The notes under the pieces are model-generated. The model was not told the DNA's origin, ran no database searches, and was given only the letters and a program-made list of their open reading frames with translations. Below are positions 20,561 through 28,601 of a stretch of 64,000 nucleotides of DNA, piece after piece; position 1 is the stretch's first letter; each line of letters opens with the position of its first letter. The translations under genes were made by a program, and so were the position numbers. Origin of the DNA: Polyangiales bacterium (GTDB lineage Bacteria; Myxococcota_A; Polyangia; Polyangiales; Polyangiaceae); NCBI GenBank assembly GCA_038230375.1, contig JBBRNJ010000021.1, positions 44,936-108,935 of the forward strand, given 5' to 3'.

Positions 20561-21160
20561 ATGGGTAATCTCGATTTTTTCGCGGCGCGGGGCGATCTCC
20601 ACGAGGTGCTCGCGTTCGTCTTTGCGGAGACGGACTTCCGCGTGTTCGAGTCGTACTCGCGCTTCGGTGAGAAGCTGCGTGAGTTCCGTTCGCTCGCGGC
20701 GATCTGCGACGCGTTTCCGATCGGCAAGGATCCTCATGGAAACGGCTACGCGGTGACGTTGCAGCTCTGGTCGCCTTCCGTGATGAAGCGCCCGCGCACC
20801 TGTCGAATCAAGCTCGACCCGAAGACCTGCGCCGGCCACACGGTGCGCTACAACATCGAGGGCTGGGGCCTCGCGCAGCTCTATCTCGGGGGGGTCTACA
20901 AGAAGATCGTGACGAAGTCGCACTTCGGCCACAACAGCGCGAAGCGCGCGGCAAGCTGGAACAGCGAGGACGGTGTCGATTGGAAGGCGCTCGAGCAGCT
21001 CTCGGGGCGCTTCCGCCGTCATGTCGCAAAGCTCTCCGCTGCGAAGGCGCCGGGCCGCCCGATCCTGCCCGCGGCGCTGGCGCTTGCGCGAAAGGGTTAC
21101 GAGCTGAAGGAGATGAAGGGCTGCACATGGGCTCACAAAATCCAGAGCGTGAAGCGCTAG
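20561..21160 (+). CDS. Hypothetical protein
   Basis: 199-aa ORF with GAAGG RBS and host-like codon usage; no recognised motif. Confidence 0.7.
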   Translation: MGNLDFFAARGDLHEVLAFVFAETDFRVFESYSRFGEKLREFRSLAAICDAFPIGKDPHGNGYAVTLQLWSPSVMKRPRTCRIKLDPKTCAGHTVRYNIEGWGLAQLYLGGVYKKIVTKSHFGHNSAKRAASWNSEDGVDWKALEQLSGRFRRHVAKLSAAKAPGRPILPAALALARKGYELKEMKGCTWAHKIQSVKR

Positions 21161-21254
21161 GATTGTATGTGCGCTTGATCGCACGGGATCTGTCTCAAAA
21201 AAAAATAGTACCGGAACGTGATCAAACGGGCGTTACGCGGACATTGGCCCCTGT

Positions 21255-21836
21255 ATGTCCACCCGTCTCGGTTCCCTCATCCTTCTGGCCGCAATTGCGG
21301 TCGCTTGTAGTTCCTCCAGCACCACAACGACGACCAACAACGGCACAGATGCTGGCGGTGGTGGGGGCGGCACGGATGGCGGTGGCGGCGGCGCAGATGG
21401 CGGCGGCGCAGCTACGGGGACCAGCATCACGGGTACGCTTGGCATGCTCGGCGCCGCACAGCCGACCGTGTCGTCGCTCGTCATCTCCAACAGCGGCGAG
21501 ACGCTCATCTACTTGAGCAGCGCACCCATCACGTGCACGATGCTCCAGACATCGCGGTGGCTCGGGTCTGCGACAGCGGGCTCGCAGGTCGTGGAGCTCA
21601 TCATCAAGGGTGATCCAACGGTCAATACGTTCGCCGTCCCGCCGGGCGAGGTGAACTACGCCCCAGGTGGCAAGTCCTCCGCGAACGAGATCGGCGCCGA
21701 TTCCGGCAGCATCACGTTCACCAAGGCGATGAAGGCCGGCCCGGTCGCGGGGTCATTCTCCGCGAAGTACGCTGACGGCAGCGAGATCAGCGGCACCTTC
21801 GCCGCGGAGTTCTGCGCCATGGGTCAAGGGTACTGA
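21255..21836 (+). CDS. Hypothetical beta-rich lipoprotein
   Basis: Lipobox AVAC, Ser/Thr/Gly linker; first gene of a tightly spaced operon. Confidence 0.75.
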   Translation: MSTRLGSLILLAAIAVACSSSSTTTTTNNGTDAGGGGGGTDGGGGGADGGGAATGTSITGTLGMLGAAQPTVSSLVISNSGETLIYLSSAPITCTMLQTSRWLGSATAGSQVVELIIKGDPTVNTFAVPPGEVNYAPGGKSSANEIGADSGSITFTKAMKAGPVAGSFSAKYADGSEISGTFAAEFCAMGQGY

Positions 21837-21838
21837 GC

Positions 21839-22837
21839 ATGTTGACGAAGCAGATCACTGGCGTTCTGGTCCTCACACTCGCGCTGTCCGCCGTGGGAGC
21901 AGCCTGCAGCAGCAGCAGCAGCTCCGGCGGGAACAACACGCAGGCAGACTCCGGACCGCCGGACTCTGGACACGTCCCCACCGCCACCACCGGCACGGTA
22001 GAGCGCGGTCAGTACCTGGTCGATCACGTGCTCGTCTGCGGCGTCTGCCACACGCCGAATGGCAAGGACGGCAAGCCGGACATGACGCTCTACCTGGCGG
22101 GCAGCCGCTCCTACGACTTCACGGACAAGGACGGCACCATCGTCACCGTCAACGCGGAGAACCTGACGACGGACAACCCGGAAGGGCTCTTCACGTGGTC
22201 GGACGAGCAGATCCGCACCGCGCTCACCGGCGGCATCGACGATGAGCACGTGGCGCTCTACCCGATCATGCCGTACCCCGAGTACAGCCTGCTCACGCGC
22301 ACGGACGTGGACTCGATCATCCAGTACCTCCGCACGATCACGCCGAACCCGAACGTCGTCGCGGCGGATTACCCGTACTCGGACCAGAACCCACCTGCGC
22401 CCGTGGTCGACGGCACGAAGATCCCGCACACCACGCTGCCCGCCAGCGATCCGGGCTTTGCGGCCGCGGAGCGTGGTCGCTACCTCGCGAGCGTGGCGTG
22501 CCTCAACTGCCACACGCCGCAGCTCGGCGCCGACATACCGGATCTCACCAAGGCGTTTGCGGGCGGCAAGAAGTACACGTTCATCCGCGGCGCAAAGGAG
22601 AACACCTCCGTCAACATCACGCCGGACATGACCTCGGGCATCGGCTCGTGGAGCATTGCGGACATCGTTGCCTCTCTGAAGACGGACACGGAGAAGGGCA
22701 CCGGACGCACGCTGTGCAGCACGCACCCGGGACAGGCCGACTACCTGGGCAAGATGACGGACGGAGACATGACCGACATCGCCACGTACCTCCATACGCT
22801 GGCGCCCATCATGAATGGACCCTTCAAGTGCGAATGA
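21839..22837 (+). CDS. Dihaem c-type cytochrome lipoprotein (resembles alcohol/gluconate dehydrogenase cytochrome subunits)
   Basis: Lipobox GAAC; two repeats, RGQYL..CGVCHTP..NLT and RGRYL..CLNCHTP..NITPD..GIGSW. Confidence 0.88.
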   Translation: MLTKQITGVLVLTLALSAVGAACSSSSSSGGNNTQADSGPPDSGHVPTATTGTVERGQYLVDHVLVCGVCHTPNGKDGKPDMTLYLAGSRSYDFTDKDGTIVTVNAENLTTDNPEGLFTWSDEQIRTALTGGIDDEHVALYPIMPYPEYSLLTRTDVDSIIQYLRTITPNPNVVAADYPYSDQNPPAPVVDGTKIPHTTLPASDPGFAAAERGRYLASVACLNCHTPQLGADIPDLTKAFAGGKKYTFIRGAKENTSVNITPDMTSGIGSWSIADIVASLKTDTEKGTGRTLCSTHPGQADYLGKMTDGDMTDIATYLHTLAPIMNGPFKCE

Positions 22838-23277
22838 AACGTCGCCTCGGAACGCTGGGCGCGCTCGTCCTCTGCGCGCTCGGGTTCGCCGTCGCGCCAG
22901 GCTGCTCGTCGAGCTCATCGGGCCCGCCGGCGGCCACGCTGACGCAGATCTACCCGCTCATCTTTCCGCCCACGACCAAGGCGCAGTGCAATCAGTGCCA
23001 CAGCAATCCGGCGAACGACGTCGGCAACGGCAAGCTGTCCATGGGCGCGGACCAGGCGGCCGCATATGCGTCGCTCGTCGGCAAGACATCTGCCTCCAGC
23101 AAATGTGGCGGCAAGCCGCTCTTGACACCGGGCGATCCCGAAAACAGCCTGTTTTACCAGAAGATGACGGCCGCTCCTCCGTGCGGCGGTCACATGCCGC
23201 TCGGCGGCGATCCTCTCTCGGCCGAGCAGCTCGACATGGTGCACAGCTGGATCGCTGCCGGAGCGAAGAACGACTGA
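22834..23277 (+). CDS. Monohaem c-type cytochrome lipoprotein
   Basis: Lipobox APGC; CNQCH, PGDPENSLFY, HMP, WIAAGA; ATGA overlap with the upstream gene. Confidence 0.82.
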   Translation: MKRRLGTLGALVLCALGFAVAPGCSSSSSGPPAATLTQIYPLIFPPTTKAQCNQCHSNPANDVGNGKLSMGADQAAAYASLVGKTSASSKCGGKPLLTPGDPENSLFYQKMTAAPPCGGHMPLGGDPLSAEQLDMVHSWIAAGAKND

Positions 23278-23309
23278 CGCGTCCGTTCGCGCGCTAGAAC
23301 GTCGTGACG

Positions 23310-24047
23310 ATGAAGAAGATCCCTGCCGTCGCTCTCATGTTCTGGATCATGAAGATCTGCGCCACCACTCTGGGCGAGACGGCGGGCGACCTCTTGTCCA
23401 TGACCATGAGTGTTGGATACGGCGCGAGCACGCTCATCCTTCTTGGGTTCTTCGTGGTCACGCTCGCCGTGCAGCTCCTCACGACCACGTATCACCCGGC
23501 GGTCTACTGGCTGGTCATCCTGTCCACCAGTACGGCGGGCACCACCATGTCGGACTTCATGGATCGTACCCTGGAGCTCGGCTACGTGAAGGGAAGCGCG
23601 TTCCTGATCGTGCTGCTCTGCTCGGTCCTCTTCCTCTGGCGAGCGCTCGAGGGAACGCTCGCCGTGGACAAGATCGCGACCCGCCGCGGTGAGATCTTTT
23701 ACTGGGCCGCGATCCTGGTCTCCAACACACTTGGAACGGCCTTCGGCGATTTCCTGGCCGACAGCTCCGGCCTTGGCTTCGGCGGTGGCGCGGCGCTCGT
23801 GGGGGCGCTCCTCGTCGTGATCGTCGTGCTCACGTTCAAGACCAAGATCTCGCGCGTGCCGCTCTTCTGGGCTGCGTTCGTGCTCACCAGGCCGTTCGGC
23901 GCGACCATGGGTGACGTGCTCACGAAGGGTCACGACAAGGGCGGCCTGGGGCTTGGCACCGTTGGCTCTTCCGCGGTCCTGGGCGTGATCCTCGTGGTCC
24001 TCATCATCATTGCAACACGGAACATCCGCAAGGAAGCACTCGCATGA
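23310..24047 (+). CDS. COG4705/DUF347 family integral membrane protein
   Basis: KIP..FWIMKICATTLGETAGD, YW..STAGT, SNTLGTAFGD, FWAAFVLTRPFGATMGD. Confidence 0.9.
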   Translation: MKKIPAVALMFWIMKICATTLGETAGDLLSMTMSVGYGASTLILLGFFVVTLAVQLLTTTYHPAVYWLVILSTSTAGTTMSDFMDRTLELGYVKGSAFLIVLLCSVLFLWRALEGTLAVDKIATRRGEIFYWAAILVSNTLGTAFGDFLADSSGLGFGGGAALVGALLVVIVVLTFKTKISRVPLFWAAFVLTRPFGATMGDVLTKGHDKGGLGLGTVGSSAVLGVILVVLIIIATRNIRKEALA

Positions 24048-25108
24048 CCAGCCACGGCACCCGGGGACTACTGCTCTGCACCATCGCGTTCGGCATCTGC
24101 GAGCTCGTAGCGTGCTCGACCAAGAGCGCAGCGTCGGATACCGGCATCGACAGCTCGTGCGTCATCCCGGACACGGGTCTCCCGACAGATGTATTCTGCA
24201 CGGGTCTCTACGCGAACCACGACCCGGCGCAGTACGTCTCCCGCGTGATGCCTTACACGCCCGGAGTCACGCTATGGAGCGACGGCGCGGAGAAGCACCG
24301 CTACATGCTCTTGCCGGCCGGTACGCAGATCGACACGTCGAACATGGATGCCTGGAAATTCCCGGTCGACACGAAGTTCTGGAAGGAGTTCAAGTTCGAC
24401 GGTGCGCTCGTGGAGACGCGCATCCTGTGGAAGCGCACCGACACGACGTGGGAGCTCGGTACGTACATCTGGGACGCCGACGGCAAGACGGCAACGCTGA
24501 GCACCTCCGCGCCGAAGGGCACGTTCCTGCCCAGCGGCTACGAGATCCCCACGCAGAAGGACTGCGACAAGTGCCACCACGGCGGCTCTGACAAGGTGCT
24601 CGGCGTGGAGGCGGCCGCGCTCTCGCTCCCCACCGCAGCCGGCGCGACGCTCACTGTGCTCGCGCAGAAGAACCTCCTCACGAACCCGCCCGCCGTGACG
24701 ACGGCCACGCTCCCCGAGGACGCCACGGGCAAGGCTGCGCTCGCCATGGGATACCTGCACGCCAACTGCGGCATGCCGTGTCATTCCACGCGCGGTCTGG
24801 GTGAGGAGACGAAGCTGGTGTTGCGCCTGCGCGCCGACGAGCTCATGCCTCCGGGTGGCGGACCGCCCATCGCAGCGACCGCGACCGATCTCTACAAGGC
24901 GACGTTCAAGCAGCTGCCCACAACTGCGTCCGTCGTGCAGCAGTTCCCGGGCGACTTCCGCGTGACGCCGGGCGCGCACGACAAGAGCGTTGTCTGGCTC
25001 GTCTCGCACCTGCGCGGCAAGTACCAGATGCCGCCGCTCGTCAGCCACAAGATCGACGACGCCGGCACACAGCTTCTGGCCGACTGGATCGACGCGCTGC
25101 CGAAGTAG
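24044..25108 (+). CDS. SO2930/HNE_0200-like dihaem cytochrome c lipoprotein
   Basis: Lipobox LVAC; LWSDGAEKHR, FPVDT..K.F, VETR; CDKCH and atypical CGMPCH; QMPPL. Confidence 0.75.
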   Translation: MTSHGTRGLLLCTIAFGICELVACSTKSAASDTGIDSSCVIPDTGLPTDVFCTGLYANHDPAQYVSRVMPYTPGVTLWSDGAEKHRYMLLPAGTQIDTSNMDAWKFPVDTKFWKEFKFDGALVETRILWKRTDTTWELGTYIWDADGKTATLSTSAPKGTFLPSGYEIPTQKDCDKCHHGGSDKVLGVEAAALSLPTAAGATLTVLAQKNLLTNPPAVTTATLPEDATGKAALAMGYLHANCGMPCHSTRGLGEETKLVLRLRADELMPPGGGPPIAATATDLYKATFKQLPTTASVVQQFPGDFRVTPGAHDKSVVWLVSHLRGKYQMPPLVSHKIDDAGTQLLADWIDALPK

Positions 25109-25346
25109 CGGCGCTCTACGCGGCGGCCTACCTATGGGCGCGCGCGACGCACCAGTTGGTTCCCGAGACGCCGCTCGAGTTTGCGCTCTGCATCACCGGT
25201 TACGTGACTCGACGCCGACGCCAGCGCGCGGCTGTGCAACGGCGTCCCACCGCGTAGAGCCACCAGAAACATTGAGAAATTAGCCCGACCTCCTGTATGG
25301 TCTCGTTCTGGATCGCCTCCCGGCGGGCCATTATTTCGAGGGACCC

Positions 25347-28300
25347 ATGCGAAATTCGAAGAGGCGTGGAACTGTCGCGGCGGCATTGACCTTCACCATG
25401 GCCGGGCTTCTTGCGTTGTCCGCCGATGCCGCGCCGCCATCGACGGTTTCGCTCTCGCCTGCGCAAAAACATGCAGGTGCGTGCGCGTGGTCGCAGGCGT
25501 TGCCGCCCCTCCCGGCGTCGTGCAACGGACTCCTCACGCCAGCGAACGGCGTGGACACGGTCGCCAAATGCGGCAGCACCGCCTTCTGGGCGAACGCGTG
25601 CGGCAGCAACAAGACGCTACCTCCGGCGGGCTCCGTTCCGGCCGGCACCATGGCGCAGACGCCGATCGTGCAGCTCTATTGCCACAAGGCGCTGGTCGAG
25701 AACTACTGCACCGACCCGAACGAGGAGAGCCTCGTCCCGGCCGACAAGAACACGAGGTCGTCGGCCATCAGCCCGCTCAAGAACACGGCCGGGGCGCAGC
25801 CCGCGAACTGGCTTGTCACGTCGCAGCTTCCCGGCAGGGGTGGTCATCAGACGGGCTTCACCGCAGCACCGCACAAAGGCGGCAAGTCTGTCCCGCGCTT
25901 CACCTACGCCGGACCGACCAGCTCTCAGACCGGCGGACCGTGGGCGCAAACGGTGTCGTCCACGGGCGGCACCTACGAGACGTCGATGGTCAGCGACTGG
26001 GTCGGCAAGTACAACGGCTCGCGCACCCACCAGGCGAACATCCATTTCCTTGGGCTCAAGGGTCAGGCCGCAGCGACGGAGAACACTTCGCTCTTCACGA
26101 TCCTTGGCCAGGACAAGTACGTCGGCGACGGCACGTTCAACGCGCAGAACCTTGCGGTCAACAGCTGCGCGGAGTTTGCCTACCAGCGTTGGTATGACTA
26201 CACGCGGTTCAAGAACGCGGCGAAGGCCCTCGGGCGCGACTACCGCTCCATCTACCATCTGGCGTTCTCGTCGCCCTTCGACATGGAGAAGAGGCAGCTC
26301 AAGCAGTTCGGCATCGGAGATCTTCCGCAGTCGTGGCCACGCCCTGCAGAGGACAACATCGTCCAGTCGTTTCCGCACAACATCTTCCTGACTGCGCCGG
26401 CCGTGTTTCGTTCGACCGTGGACTCGGCCACCACGCAGGCGATCAAGAACCGGCAGATTCCGGTGATCGGCCCCCAGTCCGGCCACGACGGCTTCTACGT
26501 GCACCTCCCGTCTCAGCCGACGCGCTTCGCGACCCACAAGGCGATGGCGTCACTGCTCGACACTCAGTATCACATGACCGACGACGACTTCGCGGAGCGT
26601 GGCTCGCGCATGCGCCGCTACCAGGAGCTCGTCAACACCCGCATCGTGCTCCAGCAACAGATCCTGTGCGGCGCGGACCCCGGCCTCTGCTGCGGTGGTG
26701 ACCCCTTCTACAACGGTGGCACGAGCAACGCCGTCATGGACAAGGTTCGCGGCGCGACCGTGATCAATCCCGATCCCAACGCCCTCGGCGCGTTCGGCAG
26801 CAACGTGTCGAACGGCAGCCCGTATTCGTCGTTCCAGTCCACGGAAGCGACGTCGCTCAGCTCCAAGAGCTTCTCGCTCAAGGGCCTCTCGAACCCGGCG
26901 AACGCGATCGGCGGATTCAAACAAAAGACGTACACGCCGGTGAGCACGCCGCTGACACCCGTGACCGGTTCGGTGGCGTCCATCGCCGGTACCTGTCAAT
27001 CGCGTGCCCAGCGCCAGGGCACGCTCGCGACGCAAGCGTTGGTCCCGATCCAGAATCAGATGTCGGACATGATTGTCGCCGAGTGGGCGCAGCCGAACCA
27101 CGGTTGTCTCGAGACGCCGACCGGAATCGGAAATACCTGCGACTGGTCCTATGAGAAGTTCGCGCACATGATGGAGACCTACTTCGACTCGGAAGTAGAG
27201 GATTCCTTCACCACGTGCGTCGCGCAGACCAGGGGTGACTTTTCGACCGCGAGAGACGCGGCCAAGCAAGATCGCGTGTATCCCTGCGAGGAGCGTCACG
27301 ACTTCGGGGACGATCAGCTCGACACCCAGTACTTCCTGGACTCGGTCCAGGATCGCGGGCCCCGCTACAGCTGCGAAGTGCTGCGTGGCAGCCAGGCCGT
27401 CCAGGACTACCTGGCGCAGAACGCAGCGCTGGTGCGCCAGATTCCGATCCTCGCGGACCACATCGGTGAGTCGAGCAGCGACAGCTGGCAGCTCGGCGAC
27501 GAGAGCAGCTTCGGTGCGAAGGCCTCGTACTCGCTCGCCTGGAGTCTTCATGGTGGAGAGAACAACAAGAAGACTGCCGACGGCGCCTGGTGCCATCCAG
27601 ACGGCTCCTCGGCCATGAGCGCAGCAGCGGACATCTACTTCTTCGGCTCCCGTACCAGGGTGTTCGACGGCGCAGCCAGCGAGACCACCGGCGACTCGTC
27701 GACGACGTACGGCACGCACATGCGCTACTACGACATGGACCAAGCCCCGAGCACCGACCTCATCGATCTCTTTCCAGCGGTCGCTCCTGGAACCACGCTC
27801 GCGGGGTCGCCGGTCAAGGTCCCCGTTGGCGATCCGCAGTCCCTCGGCGACTTGAGCTACGACATCTGGTTCACGGTCGGGCCCATCCCGATTCACATCT
27901 CCTTCGGCGCGAACGCGACCACAGGCATCGACGTGGAGGCGATTGGACACCACTCCACGAACGGCTGTCAGCTCGCTGGCAACAAAGGCATCGAGACCGT
28001 CAATCTTGGCTACGCGTCGGGCACCGACTTCGAGCCGTGGGCGCAGGCGGACGCATATGCCGACGCGTCGATCGATATCCTCATCGCGTCCGCAGGCATC
28101 CGGATGGATCTCACCCTGTTGCACATCGGCCTTCCCGTTGGCGTGAACACCTCGACTGACGCGCACGCGAACCTGACCATGAAGACGGGCTGCCATTTGA
28201 CGACAGACGCGCTCGAAGGCAACGTCTCGGCGTACCTGACGCTTGGCATCGATCCGTTCTCGCATACATGGTCCACCACGATCTTCTCGTGGGATGGAAT

Positions 28301-28601
28301 GCACAGCGACACCACTCTCTTCGGCACGACCGCCAACGTCCCGCTCAAGCTCGCAACATGGGCAGCGCAGCCCGCGGTCAACAACGTGAAGTGCCTTGCC
28401 AAGCCGAACCCGGGGCCCGTCGGGAACAAGAACAACACGCCGCCGCTCTCTGCCCCGAGCCCGTTCTCGTCGCAGCCCACGCTGGCGGGCCATCCTGACT
28501 GCATGAAGAACCCGACGGAGGCGAACGGGTGCACGAGCCCCATCAACGCGGCAAGCGTGGGATGCGCCCCGTACTACAACATGCGTGGACCTTTGCGATG
28601 A
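25347..28601 (+). CDS. Large secreted Cys-rich protein with C-terminal extended beta-sheet region
   Basis: 1084 aa; signal peptide (..ALSADA); GAGGG RBS; C-terminal third made of alternating hydrophobic strands (FTVGPIPIHISFG). Confidence 0.85.
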   Translation: MRNSKRRGTVAAALTFTMAGLLALSADAAPPSTVSLSPAQKHAGACAWSQALPPLPASCNGLLTPANGVDTVAKCGSTAFWANACGSNKTLPPAGSVPAGTMAQTPIVQLYCHKALVENYCTDPNEESLVPADKNTRSSAISPLKNTAGAQPANWLVTSQLPGRGGHQTGFTAAPHKGGKSVPRFTYAGPTSSQTGGPWAQTVSSTGGTYETSMVSDWVGKYNGSRTHQANIHFLGLKGQAAATENTSLFTILGQDKYVGDGTFNAQNLAVNSCAEFAYQRWYDYTRFKNAAKALGRDYRSIYHLAFSSPFDMEKRQLKQFGIGDLPQSWPRPAEDNIVQSFPHNIFLTAPAVFRSTVDSATTQAIKNRQIPVIGPQSGHDGFYVHLPSQPTRFATHKAMASLLDTQYHMTDDDFAERGSRMRRYQELVNTRIVLQQQILCGADPGLCCGGDPFYNGGTSNAVMDKVRGATVINPDPNALGAFGSNVSNGSPYSSFQSTEATSLSSKSFSLKGLSNPANAIGGFKQKTYTPVSTPLTPVTGSVASIAGTCQSRAQRQGTLATQALVPIQNQMSDMIVAEWAQPNHGCLETPTGIGNTCDWSYEKFAHMMETYFDSEVEDSFTTCVAQTRGDFSTARDAAKQDRVYPCEERHDFGDDQLDTQYFLDSVQDRGPRYSCEVLRGSQAVQDYLAQNAALVRQIPILADHIGESSSDSWQLGDESSFGAKASYSLAWSLHGGENNKKTADGAWCHPDGSSAMSAAADIYFFGSRTRVFDGAASETTGDSSTTYGTHMRYYDMDQAPSTDLIDLFPAVAPGTTLAGSPVKVPVGDPQSLGDLSYDIWFTVGPIPIHISFGANATTGIDVEAIGHHSTNGCQLAGNKGIETVNLGYASGTDFEPWAQADAYADASIDILIASAGIRMDLTLLHIGLPVGVNTSTDAHANLTMKTGCHLTTDALEGNVSAYLTLGIDPFSHTWSTTIFSWDGMHSDTTLFGTTANVPLKLATWAAQPAVNNVKCLAKPNPGPVGNKNNTPPLSAPSPFSSQPTLAGHPDCMKNPTEANGCTSPINAASVGCAPYYNMRGPLR

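Noticed and set aside
21190..21250. A9 tract and GGAAC..CGTT upstream of the cytochrome operon as a phase-variable or ECF promoter
   Set aside because: The GGAAC-CGTT spacing (13 nt) is short for typical ECF promoters, and the tract alone is insufficient evidence.
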